In this document: positions 1-11,536 of the stretch, in pieces
Layout of the letters: each line of letters opens with the position of its first letter
How positions within the stretch are numbered: position 1 is the stretch's first letter
From: Lingula anatina
Taxonomy: Eukaryota > Animalia > Brachiopoda
Assembly: GCA_051362555.1 (NCBI GenBank)
Contig: CM120641.1
Coordinates: 45,576,401 to 45,640,400 of the forward strand
DNA length: 64,000 nucleotides
Direction of reading: 5' to 3'
Translations under genes and position numbers: made by a program
Notes under the pieces: generated by a model
Database searches by the model: none
What the model saw: the letters and a program-made list of their open reading frames with translations, nothing else
Told to the model about the DNA's origin: nothing

Positions 1-68
1 TTGCTTAAGTTCAAGATATGACGTTACTCCCTGCAAAATTTGTAGACATCTGAAAAAATTTTACCCAC

Positions 69-197
69 TTTGTATTCAGCATTTTCTGTATCTGGGCTGG
101 TACCAATTGGTGCAACCTTGTCAAGATGGTAGCATCGTCTAGAGAGATGGATACCTTCTTTAAAAAGCAGCACCCTCAGGTTTCTCACAAAATTCAT
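69..197 (-). CDS. MCCC2: Methylcrotonoyl-CoA carboxylase beta subunit, first coding exon (mitochondrial transit peptide); gene continues off the left edge
   Basis: ATG at 197 gives MNFVRNLRVLLFKEGIHLSRRCYHLDKVAPIGTSPDTENAEYK, then donor gtgggt at 68. The C-terminal part resembles human MCCC2 [23 protein letters not shown] (recalled). 43 codons, phase 0, as recalled for human exon 1; basic/hydrophobic N-terminus like a mitochondrial presequence. Confidence 0.8.
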
Positions 198-534
198 CTC
201 GCTCCACAACAGGAAGTGGCATGTGGAGCAACAGATGCGCATGCGCATTAATGTAGTCAGAATTCATACTGTAGCTTCGTACCTACAATAAATTGTGATA
301 CATACTTTTTATATTCTACAAAATATACAATATATTTTACCAATCCAACTACATTTAACGTATTGATCGTTTTATACATGTATATTTATCAGATATCTAT
401 GAAAGGATCATTTTTGAATTAGAAAGTGGAAGCTAAACTACAAATAAAATTTCAAGTCTGATAGACGAGCCCCCGAGTACACGTGAAGTTATTTTGGTTC
501 TGTTTGTTTAGGATCTACTTCGTACAAGATCAGC
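198..534. promoter_or_regulatory. Candidate bidirectional promoter between MCCC2 and FAH
   Basis: Perfect NRF1 palindrome TGCGCATGCGCA 236-247, ETS/GABP motif CAGGAAGT 210-217 and E-box CACGTG 480-485, between divergent ATGs at 197(-) and 535(+). Confidence 0.7.
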
Positions 535-615
535 ATGTCTTTTGTGCCAGTAAGCCCTGAGAGTCATTTCCCATTACAAAACCTTCCTTATGGGATATTT
601 TCTACATCTGATAAC
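535..615 (+). CDS. FAH: Fumarylacetoacetase exon 1 (13 coding exons, 535-6540, 1257 nt, 418 aa)
   Basis: MSFVPVSPESHFPLQNLPYGIFSTSDN then gtaag; typical FAH N-terminus (FPxxNLPYGxFST). Confidence 0.96.
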
Positions 616-833
616 GTAAGTTTTTTTCCGTATCCATGCACTAATTTGATTAAAATGACGCTGATTTTTGCCGGTTGAATTTTTTATTATTGATACAGTT
701 TATATTTCTTTAATTTCTACTGGTGTATTTAGAATTTGAACCCATTTCTTAATGTGTGTGTTTCAGTCTCCAGTTTCCATGACTCTTTAACAGTTAATTC
801 GCCGTTTCCACAAAATTAAAAGCCTGTGCATAT

Positions 834-864
<31 letters not shown>

Positions 865-1099
865 TTATTATTTTTTTTGCCAAACTTAATTTCACATTGG
901 TTTTATATCTTTATCTATCAATGATATTTTTTTCTTGAAATGGGGGAGGAGGGGGGGGGGGCATTGATCATAGTTAGTGATCATTGTAGCCCTGAAATGG
1001 AAGTGACTTGGTTTATTGTGTGCATTTAAAATATATGCATTTTTATTGTCTCCACATGATGCACACATTTTTAATGTATAACCAACTTTTTTACTTCAG

Positions 1100-1210
1100 C
1101 CCCGTCCTAGGATTGGTGTTGCAATAGGAGACCTTATACTGGACCTGACACAAGTTAAACACTATTTCACAGGCCCTGCATTAAAGCAGTACCAACATGT
1201 ATTTGATGAG
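1100..1210 (+). CDS. FAH: FAH exon 2
   Basis: cag|[37 protein letters not shown]|gtaaag, 111 nt. Confidence 0.96.
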
Positions 1211-1672
1211 GTAAAGAAAATTATTCAGATATGTTGTTTTATGTATATTGTTTTCAATAATTATTTTTTATGTATACATATTATTTTTTTAATGGTGAGG
1301 ACTCATATTTTAAACAAGGAGTTTCCAGAAATCTTTGCATGATATATATGCCACACTAATATGAAATGTTTATAAATGATTTTACAGACCATCTATTTTC
1401 AGTTGTACTGGAAATATTAACAGTGTGGTTTTAAAGACATTTTTGTATATTCTGGTAGTTTTTAATGTTTGTATTTATAATATAGCACATCAGTTTAATT
1501 TAATATTTTTTATCACAAATATGCTGCTCTTGTACATTACTCCAGGAATAAATTCAGATCTACCAAGTACAAAATATATATTTGTTTTGGAAAAATAAAT
1601 TCCATTTATGCCAGAGGTTTTTTATAATCAGGCTCCTGCTTTGAAAACCTACATCTACCCTTATGTAGTTTT

Positions 1673-2037
1673 ACCACTTGTATTAGACAATACATGTATG
1701 GTGATGACTAGATCTTTTCAATGAGGAAAGTTGTCAACTTTACAAATAAAAAATTTTAAGTCAGAAATTCTTAGAACTGGAACATTCTTACTGAGTGATA
1801 GAAACATAACTGAAAAGCCGGCTTCCTCATTCATGTAGTTCTTTTCTATATTAAAATCACCACAAATGCTTCACAGAAATATTTTTTATTTCCAAAATCA
1901 TGTTCTGAAAGATTGATAATTTTTCCTCATTGAAAAGGTTGAGTTACTACCAGAATACTACTATTATGCTTGTATTATAGCCTTATATATATAATATATT
2001 ATATATATATATGTTTAACCACTTGTATTAGACAATA
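1673..2037. repeat. 20-bp exact direct repeat (accacttgtattagacaata at 1673-1692 and 2018-2037) in FAH intron 2
   Basis: Both copies read directly; the intervening ~325 bp ends in a (TA)n-rich tract at ~1984-2012. Confidence 0.75.
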
Positions 2038-2063
2038 AATGTAATACTGTGTTTGTCTTCTAG

Positions 2064-2185
2064 CCAACACTGAACAGTTTCATGTCCCTGGGCAGGCCTG
2101 CCTGGAGAGAGGCCAGGGAGACACTGCAGAAGCTTCTGTCTGCTGGAGAACCCACACTCAGGGATGATGCAGAGCTTAGAGCCAG
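2064..2185 (+). CDS. FAH: FAH exon 3
   Basis: tag|[40 protein letters not shown]|gtata, 122 nt. Confidence 0.96.
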
Positions 2186-2400
2186 GTATAAGACTGTAAC
2201 AGTACATGTATTAGGATGGACTAGACGATGAATAGAATTCATTTTAACTGAAAAGATACATAATTTTAGCCAAATTGGAGCTCAGAGAAAACTACAATGT
2301 TGTTAAAGGATGGTCCATTGTTGTTGTTGTGAAGAAACTATTACTTTGGCTGAGTATATTGTAACACAGCTGATGGATTTTTTTCTTGATTTTGCTACAG

Positions 2401-2450
2401 GTGTTTTGTACCACAGAGCAGTGCTACTATGCATTTACCTGCTAAAATAG
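2401..2450 (+). CDS. FAH: FAH exon 4
   Basis: cag|(R)CFVPQSSATMHLPAKI(G)|gtaag, 50 nt. Confidence 0.95.
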
Positions 2451-2618
2451 GTAAGTTTTGTTCAACATATTTTGTATATGTTTTCTTCCACAGGTGTCAT
2501 TTACTACTAGTTCAAACTACTATCTGTGCTGAGTGGGTTGTGCATTAATCTTGTTGTGCAGTAAGCCAACCTTTAACAATGTTGAAAAGGTTCATAATAT
2601 TTTTTTTTTCATTTTCAG

Positions 2619-2709
2619 GAGATTATACAGATTTTTATTCATCAAAAGACCATGCAACAAATGTAGGAACAATGTTCAGAGGAAAAGAAAATGCCCTCAT
2701 GCCTAATTG
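2619..2709 (+). CDS. FAH: FAH exon 5
   Basis: [30 protein letters not shown](W); includes the metal-binding Asp and catalytic His motif; 91 nt. Confidence 0.97.
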
Positions 2710-3036
2710 GTAAAATAAAAATTCGAATTAAAATATTTCACTTACTTGACCATTAAGTTATCACTGATAAACTGAGAGCATGTAAATGTTGTGATTTTGT
2801 CATGAAGCTTCAAAAATAGAATGGCAAGTAATATTGATATTAACATAATTGCCATTACATAATTAGCCAAAACTACAAAATATTCTACAGCTGGATGATT
2901 ATGTAATTGCATTGTAGCTGTAGAATGTTTTGTAGTTTTGTCATTATTTTTATTTTTTACACCCCCTTTCCCCCATTTACACAGCATTTGTTGTTGTTCA
3001 TTTAAAATGATAAAAAATATTCTCTTGATTTCCTAG

Positions 3037-3134
3037 GACCTGGCTTCCTGTTGGCTATCACGGTAGAGCCTCCTCAGTGGTCGTGTCAGGGACACCCATA
3101 AGACGACCTAATGGCCAGCAAAGACCTGATGAAA
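3037..3134 (+). CDS. FAH: FAH exon 6
   Basis: [32 protein letters not shown]|gtaagt, 98 nt. Confidence 0.97.
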
Positions 3135-3391
3135 GTAAGTGACCATCTGAATAGTCATTAATACATTTGGGGTGTTTTGAAAATTGCCAAATTAAAACAT
3201 AATTAGGTGTTTTGTTATTTAGTGTATATTCCCATTGGTTTGAGAAGTTTTAGGTGTTTTTGTGTTTTAATGTTAGCAACCAGTTTTATTCGATCTTCAT
3301 AGGAAAAAAGTTATAGTTTAGTGTAGTACTGTAAAGTTTATTTAAGAAATATCAATGACAGTGGTTTATAACCAAGTCTTTTCTGTTTAAG

Positions 3392-3544
3392 CCAAGCCAC
3401 CAGTGTTTGGTCCCTGCAAATTGATGGACATAGAGCTAGAAATGGCTTTCTTCACAGGCCCTGCTACTCAGTTGGGTGAACCCATACCTATCTCCAGAGC
3501 AGAAGACCACATCTTTGGAATGGTGCTCATGAATGACTGGAGTG
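3392..3544 (+). CDS. FAH: FAH exon 7
   Basis: aag|[50 protein letters not shown]|gtact, 153 nt; DxELE and NDWS motifs. Confidence 0.96.
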
Positions 3545-3917
3545 GTACTGTTCTTTATTTATCTCTGACAACAAAAATTGAAAAGCTGGACTAAATCTTT
3601 TTGTATGAGAGAAATATTTCATTTCTGCAACCCTCCCTTGAGTTTTGAATGTTTTTCACAATATGAATGTTATGCAATTTATTGGGTCAGAGCATTTTAT
3701 ATGCTTAAAGGCACTATCTAGAAAAATGTTGCTGATTGAATTCTGTTGAGTTTTATGGAATAGGTTTTGAATTTGGGACCTTTTTTATTTCCCCTATATG
3801 ATATGATGGTTATTTCAAAAATGAAACCTAATTAGTCTGTTTTGACTTTCATGACAACAAAGCATTGAAAAGTTTAATTTGGCATGAGATTAACTTATGT
3901 TTAATATTTACTTGCAG

Positions 3918-4048
3918 CCCGTGATATTCAAAAGTGGGAGTACGTCCCATTAGGACCTTTCCTTGGCAAGAATTTGGGTACATCTATCTCCCCCTGGGTG
4001 GTAACTATGGATGCACTAGCTCCCTTCAAGTGCCCAAACGCTATACAG
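3918..4048 (+). CDS. FAH: FAH exon 8
   Basis: (A)[43 protein letters not shown]|gtacc, 131 nt. Confidence 0.97.
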
Positions 4049-4330
4049 GTACCAGCACTGAGAAATGTGCCTTGAAATTTGGCTGAAACAATAAGTGAAC
4101 TTTGTAGGATGAAAAATGAATTTACAAACAGTGACCCACAATTAATATACACTGTTGATAAACAAAACGTAAATGGGCCATTACAAAGTATTATTACAGA
4201 TAAATGATTCCCTGAGCAATCTAGACTAAGCGTTAATTACGCATCATGACTAACAAAAATATTCTGCACTATCATAATTTTCTACTTAGTGACTGTACAT
4301 TTGACAGCTTTGCTGCCTTGTTTATTGCAG

Positions 4331-4406
4331 GATCCTGAACCCCTTCCATACCTAAAGCATAATGATCCCTATACCTTTGATATTCAGCTGGAAGTGGCTC
4401 TTAAGG
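4331..4406 (+). CDS. FAH: FAH exon 9
   Basis: cag|[25 protein letters not shown](G)|gttggt, 76 nt. Confidence 0.95.
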
Positions 4407-4663
4407 GTTGGTAGCAGCAGTGTTCATCTTTGGAAATAAAGAGTATTCAGATAATTGCTAATAATTGTTTAAAGACAACGTTTTCTTTAAAGATAATAAT
4501 GGTGAAAATTATTATGATATTCACAGTGACAGGAATACACATAAATGCCTAACACCTTACTACAGCTAAGTGGTCTTTGCTGTTAAGATGCCAGTAATAA
4601 ATCTTTCATTTTACAGAGAGATAGAGATTTATGAACTTTTCAGTTTGTATTTTCCTTTTGCAG

Positions 4664-4710
4664 GTGAATCCATGGCACAGCCAGCCTTAATTTGTAGGTC
4701 TAACTTCAAG
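4664..4710 (+). CDS. FAH: FAH exon 10
   Basis: cag|ESMAQPALICRSNFK|gtacg, 47 nt. Confidence 0.94.
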
Positions 4711-4945
4711 GTACGAACATTAGCTTAAGGCAAATAGATGTTAGCCAGTAGTCATAAAAATGTGCTTTTGTTTACAAACATGCATTTAAATTGTTTTGTG
4801 TTACCTGCAACCCTGTTGCTCAACTTGAATCTTTGTCTAACATGAACAAATTTTTATTGTACAGTCCCAAATGTGCTGAGTTATGTGGCCTATTCTGTAT
4901 TAAAAAGCTATTGATTTCAAGTTGCTGCTCATTACTTTGTTCTAG

Positions 4946-5047
4946 CATATGTATTGGACTATGAAGCAACAGCTAGCCCATCACACTGTCACAGGGTGTA
5001 ATATCAACCCAGGAGATCTCATGGCATCAGGAACCATCAGTGGACCA
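4946..5047 (+). CDS. FAH: FAH exon 11
   Basis: tag|[34 protein letters not shown]|gtaagt, 102 nt. Confidence 0.97.
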
Positions 5048-5684
5048 GTAAGTGGCTTATTTTGTAGTGTGCTGACACCTACAGTTACATGTAGTATGCT
5101 GTAGGGTGACTAGCTAATTCATCATCCTGTTTTCCTAGGAGCATAATTAACAGTAAAAGTATGTTTTGTTGCTTTCTTAATCCTGTTTATAGGTGCTTAG
5201 TTTAAATCGCCTGTATGAAATCATTTGTTACACTGGAAGTTTACTAGGAATGAGATTTTATCTTGCATAACCTGCACACGCTTTTTAAAGTTAAAAGAAT
5301 CATTCATATTAAAAATGAAAAGGCACACTTTAATTATGATACCTGGGGGTAACTTGATGAATGTTGCATTCTCAGGAGATTATTAGACACTAACTTCAGA
5401 TAGTATATGGCTATCATATAATTTAATTTTGTCTTTTTAGTTACAAAAATTATTAAAAAGATGATGTTTTGTCCTCAACATGAGAACTTCTACGGAACAC
5501 TGATAGCACACATACTAGATATTACATGAATAATGCCATCTCTCACTTCATCTAGTATGTAACAGCCAGCAAAAGTTCATGAGAAGAGGATCCATATTTG
5601 TCCTCTTTGTAATTTTTGTAAACACAGTTAAAGACTGTTAAAAATACATGTTGTTGATATTGATGCAATGGATTTACTTCCCAG

Positions 5685-5802
5685 ACTCCCGATACATTTG
5701 GATCCATGTTGGAATTGTGTTGGAAGGGAACCAAGCCTATGGATCTGGGGAACGGAGAAACCAGGAAATTCCTGCAAGATGGAGATGAGGTCATCATCAC
5801 TG
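5685..5802 (+). CDS. FAH: FAH exon 12
   Basis: cag|[39 protein letters not shown](G)|gtgag, 118 nt. Confidence 0.97.
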
Positions 5803-6463
5803 GTGAGTTGTTTTATTGTTTATTTAATGCAGAGGTCTCTTTCACATACACACACAAAAAATCTTTGGACTTAGTTAACATAAGTAAACAACTTAAATTG
5901 GATACCTGACAACATAAAGTGGACTTGGCAATGTTTCTCTGGTGATAAGCTCACAATAAATATAGCTGATATACCAAAATTTGTGAAAAGAGAGTAAAAT
6001 TCATTGAGAAGACGATCACAATATCCTATAGAAGCTTAGTCTAAAGACAGAAAAATAGAGGCAGCTTCATTACTGCAGAACTGAACTTTAAAAAAAAGCC
6101 CTTAAGCTTTTACTACATGAACAACAAGTTTCTCAACTGATGTTTTGTAAAGTGGGCGCTAGAACTGTGAACTTGCCAGTTAAAAAGCATAACTGTACAG
6201 CATATGGAAATGGCTTTTGCTCAGAGTGCTTTATTGACAGTCTGAGTAACGATAATGGCTAGTACTTCAAACCACAGCGAATATTGGCATATACTCTCCA
6301 ATATTTCAGTGTCTGACAAAACACCTTTGGTGAGTGAGGTTACGGGTGTTAATGTATATACATATATTTCAACATTTTTATTCAAACTTTAAATGATATA
6401 ATATGTTTTTCATGTGAAAGACTTAATGTTTTTTATATAAAAAATTGTTTGTATTTATTTCAG

Positions 6464-6540
6464 GCTATTGTGAAGGTAATGGTTGCAGAATAGGGTTTGG
6501 GACATGTGCTGGAAAAATATTACCTGCATTGAAGATTTGA
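6464..6540 (+). CDS. FAH: FAH exon 13 (terminal)
   Basis: cag|[27 protein letters not shown]; candidate AATAAA at 7117-7122. Confidence 0.96.
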
Positions 6541-8248
6541 AGTTATTGTCTCATATATAAAAAGGACCTAATATCATATGTCCAAAGAAAAATTGCTTTA
6601 TGTATGAATATAGTTATATCTGAATATGTAGAATTGATTATATTTCAATATACATTTCCATGTGAATGCACAAAATACTTCATTGGCAGCTGAAAATATA
6701 AAGTGAATGTTAGGGCTGATTTTTATCTTCAAGTCTGTCAAAATGTCCAGTTTTAAAAAGTTTGAGGTGATAGGAACAGACAACAAAGGATTTTACTCAG
6801 CATATATTTTTGTTGCACCTTTTTGTATTTTATAGCAATGGTAAACAATATACCACAGCACAAAGCTTGAGAATGAGCGCTTCCATGATCTCTCAACAAC
6901 CAGGGTTGTTACTCTGATTTGAATGAATATTTACTGTAATTGAATGTTCATGTTTTTGAAATGAGAGTTTCTTTTAATTAGTTTAGATAGAGGAATGCTA
7001 TAGATTAAGATGATTTTTCTGTGAAGTCACACATGTTTTTTGCTAGATTTATTTTCAGTCAGCAATTAAGTATTGCCAATATATCATATAATCCTTGACA
7101 GGTATTCTGTCATAAAAATAAATTAGGTAACAGGTTTTAGCTAATTTTTTTAATGCACAAAGTTTGTTTTGCTACATTTGTGTGGGATAAATCACATTTT
7201 GAGTAGCTTTTACATAAATACTTTTCAGTGGAGGCAAATATTTAGCATATTTACATTTTATTTATTTATTTATTTTTTTTTTATTATTATTATTTTTTTT
7301 TTTGGGGGGGGGGGGTCAGCGTATTTGAAGCAATAAGGACCTGACTTTCTCAATGAAATCAATGTTTCATGTACAACAACTTCTGAGTATTTCCAAATAA
7401 TTTCAAAGTTATTTTGTGTTTTTGTGGGAAAAAAATTTTGGAGGGAGGGGGGAGGCATTAAATCATTCCTTCAGAAAAGTATTAAGTCATTCCCACAAAA
7501 TAATGTTTTGAAAAAATCATTCATTTCTACACTTATGTGTCTAATGTATATTGAATGCTCACATGTGATGCATTTATAGATTCTACTGGATTCTTTTGCT
7601 TAAAGAATGTGAGAAGTTTCATTATAGGTTCTATGGCTCCTGTGAGCATGCGATGTTCCAGTACTCAAATAATTCTGCACAAAATTTAAAATTTCCAAGA
7701 ATTTCAAATTTTCAAGAAGCATATTTAAAATTAAGTTTTGCGAGCTGCTTTTTAAATACAGATTGAACTAATATTTTGTCAATTTGTGAATAATAATGTG
7801 TATTACTATTATATTTATGAAAACGTTTTGCTAAACATGTATGAGGAAACAGCTGTGCCAATGAATCAAACATAATTTTATCATGGAAATCAGGAGTTAA
7901 TAGAATCTCAGTTCATATATTCATTTGTTATTATGGGCAGTTTATTAGCGATATTGGTTATACATATCAGGAGCTAGGGTGATGTGTTTATATACAAGGC
8001 TAAGGCATTGGAAAAATGGCATAATTTTATTGTAACAATATTTGAAGACTATGTACATCTTAAAAAGAGGGATTTCAGTTAAAGGTTAAGTTATACCTAT
8101 ATTCCATGACTTGATTATTTCGTTGAATAAAAAGATTTATCGGTACGCGCCTGTGGGTTCGTATATGTTTCCATAAAGTACCGTTATAATTGTATATACT
8201 CTTATGTTGGGTCCACTGTATAAAAGAAAGTAAGATCATCATACCCGC

Positions 8249-8257
<9 letters not shown>

Positions 8258-8302
<45 letters not shown>
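8258..8302. repeat. (TA)n microsatellite
   Basis: Direct reading. Confidence 0.95.
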
Positions 8303-8306
<4 letters not shown>

Positions 8307-8635
8307 AAATCGGCCTTGAAAGCGCTCGCCATACTTTCCCCTTAATGTCCCATTGCGTCTTCAAATTTATTTAATTTTTCTTGACCATTTTTATTGGTCA
8401 AAATGATCCATAATTATTTTGGAACTTTTGCATTGGATGTCTAATTACAAAAAATGGGCACAGCCTTCATTATAGATACTTTGATTTATTTAACCGTCAG
8501 TTACAGAAGTTCATCAATAGATTGTATTTTACAGGGACTGATACATGTTGGTGTTTCGGAGTGATGCCAATTTTGTACATGTTAAAGGGAATGAGGGCGA
8601 TGAGTCCACCCCCTTATTTAACGATCACAAGCATA

Positions 8636-8638
<3 letters not shown>

Positions 8639-8669
<31 letters not shown>
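8639..8669. repeat. (CA)n microsatellite
   Basis: Direct reading. Confidence 0.95.
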
Positions 8670-8670
<1 letters not shown>

Positions 8671-10408
8671 CACTGCCTATACACTTCTACCAAAAAGTGT
8701 AACAATGCAATAAGACTTTTTGTCGATATGTAATATGAAAAGCGGAAAAATAAAATGATCAAATCTTTGGAGGGTACGACTTATAACAGGTAAAATACAC
8801 AGAAATCATCACAATAGGGGGGGAGTGCTTGTTTGCTATAATAAAATGCGGCTCGGGTACTTAATGTGAACTGAAGCGGTAGTCAGATAAAGTGTGCCTT
8901 TTTTGTAAAAGCCATGTTTTGTTTGTGGTGAAAAGACGCAAACATACACAAGCTACCCGCACTTGGTCGTCAAATTTCACTGCTGGTCCATTGAGAGATG
9001 CTTAAGCGTTTTAGGATAATGTTTGCTGTTCAGTATCCTCTAGTACATGTTTAGAGGTCGCCTTGAAGGAAGTTCGACACTGCAACTCGTATTTTATTAA
9101 AAAGCGGGCCTGTACGTTGTCCTGCGGCACAGTTTAACAGGGGCGTTTACAAACACAGACACGGGATTTGGTTTGACAACATATCATTACACGTCGTCTA
9201 CAAGCAATGACATTGAAAGGACATTGGTCACTCCGATAATACACTGTACCTGCCTTTACGTGAACATTTTATCCAGGTTCCATCGTGTCACTTAACCACC
9301 CGATATTACATTTTGCAGGCCGTCTGCCTAAGCCTCCGCCGTTTAAAGACCGAGGAATCACGCATGCTGCTATCATAGCGAGGAGGGTCTTGGAATATAC
9401 TTTCCTTGGTCTGACAGACGTACGGGAGAGAGACGCGGTTGGAATTGCTACATTTCACTTCATTGACCTGCACCTCATACCAAACAGAGCAACAGGTGTA
9501 TATGCATTTATATGAATATGTTTGTGACAATTACGAGGCATACAGAACGGACAAAGGCATAAAAGAAAACACGTAATTCGGGTTATATGTATATTTTCAA
9601 AAAAAAGGATAAACCTGTGATCGAATTTCAATTTCTGGGTTTGCAGATACCGGTACCTATCTACATGGACACCTGAGGGCCATTCCTCAACGACATATCG
9701 CACTGTCATTGTATCAAGTTGACGAGGCAGTATCAAAAACCAGCTTAATTTGATAGTCAAGGAGAAGTTCTCTTTTGTCATAAGGATATGGACTGGTGCA
9801 GAAACTAAAGGGGAGTTTACATTGCGGTATTCAGTCCGCGTAGAGGAGAAGCCACACCTATAGATAATATCGTTAAGACCTTCCTTATTTTTGCTATGTA
9901 GTGCGAGCCTCTTTGAAAGGTGTTTGCGAAACTGTGAACTAAAAAAGCAAATGAGGTGGAATTTTATCAAGATTATAGCAAAATTGGATTAGTCAATTAA
10001 GCAAGTAATATAACGCGCCATTTCTAAAATTGTTTTAAAAACAAACAAACAAAATAGAGAAACAGAACGGGCATGGTATTTTCTGAAGCGTGACTGTGGA
10101 CCTCTTATTTCTAGAGGATACAGTTATGGTAAAGCCGATGGTACCGATGGTATACCGACATACTTTGTTGAAGACGACCGAGCAACTTTTTGTTTTTTTT
10201 GTTTTTTTTTTTTTGGTATTTTACTTATCTTCAAAGGTGAAAGGCAGCCTTGTTGAACTTGAAGGTTGTTTTGTGATGTGTTTGACAAACACATGGAGTT
10301 AGGAGTTCATTAAAGAAGAAAAAATACATGAAAAAGGAGAACAGCCGATCAAATACTACGTATTGCAATTAAAAACAACAAAATCCTGGATAAATATATA
10401 CTATTATC

Positions 10409-10564
10409 ATGGCGTTACTACACCAGTGTCATGCCAACGTGATCGGGTTTTGGGCGATATTTCAGTTAGTGGTGGCTTTAGGTGTGGTAGCCGATGGCTA
10501 TTTTATGAAGCAATACTACGAAGGTATCAGCTGGCTGTACGTCCCCTACTGGTCAGTGGCGTTG
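10409..10564 (+). CDS. Four-transmembrane CD20/MS4A-like protein, exon 1 (5 exons, 723 nt, 240 aa)
   Basis: MALLHQCHANVIGFWAIFQLVVALGVVADGYFMKQYYEGISWLYVPYWSVAL|gtgagt; TM1 plus a PYWS motif resembling MS4A GYPFWG. Confidence 0.8.
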
Positions 10565-10777
10565 GTGAGTTCAATTAGTGGCCTCTGTCCAGGGACCAAT
10601 ATAACACGCAAAAAACTGAAGTCAAAATTGGTATTTGATTAAAGTTTGAAAATATTTAATATTAAAGCTAAGGCTAAAAGTAATAAAACGTCAAATTTCG
10701 ATTGTTGTTGTTGTTGTTGTGCTCTTCTGCATTAGATTGCATTAGAGATGAGACAGTTTTCTTTTCTTTCATTCCAG

Positions 10778-10834
10778 ATTGTATTTCCCTTTGGCATTGG
10801 GATATTAGCTTGTGTTACAGGGAAGAGACTTGCG
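10778..10834 (+). CDS. MS4A-like exon 2
   Basis: Polypyrimidine-ccag|IVFPFGIGILACVTGKRLA|gtgggt; 57 nt, phase 0-0. Confidence 0.8.
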
Positions 10835-11006
10835 GTGGGTATAAAACAAAATAAAATAAACTAAGATAAATAAAATGAAATTAAACATGCACACGCATCT
10901 TCTCAAAACATACATACGTACAAAATAATGCTGTCATCAGAAATAATGTAGCTATTTCTATTTAATACTCACGAATTTAAGATCTTTTCTTTTCTTTTTC
11001 TTCCAG

Positions 11007-11161
11007 GCATATGTCTTCTCGGTATTTAACTTACTGTGTTTTCTGGCCAACGTTGCGTACTTGGTTTTGCTATGGGTCCAACTTGGGCGCTTTCAAACCA
11101 TGGAACGCCAGTTTAATGATTGCCTCCAAACAGCACGGGCAAGGCGAGAATGTATTTGCAG
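11007..11161 (+). CDS. MS4A-like exon 3
   Basis: ttccag|AYVFSVFNLLCFLANVAYLVLLWVQLGRFQTMERQFNDCLQTARARRECIC(R)|gttgg; TM3 plus Cys-containing loop; 155 nt. Confidence 0.8.
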
Positions 11162-11536
11162 GTTGGCACACATTTGGTTTTACATGTATATTCTATTTCT
11201 TTACATCTTGCTGATTTATTTATTTGTTTGTTTGTTTGTTTATTTGTCATTCAAATTGAAAAATCTTTGTTGAAAGATTTTATTTTATTCGTTTAGTTTA
11301 CACTAATTCAGTTTTGTTTTTAAGTCAATCTTGTCAGATATGTTATAGCAAAGTGATATTAAGTTAAGAAATGTAATCAGTTGAAGACATCGAATAACTC
11401 ACAATTACATTACTCTATTGTGATGTAAATATGAATCATTCACATGTCCTTCAGTGAATCATGGATATGTAATCTTTATTTTTACATTACACTTTTTATT
11501 TATCTATTTGTCTGCCCGTGAACCGTTCTACCTGCT

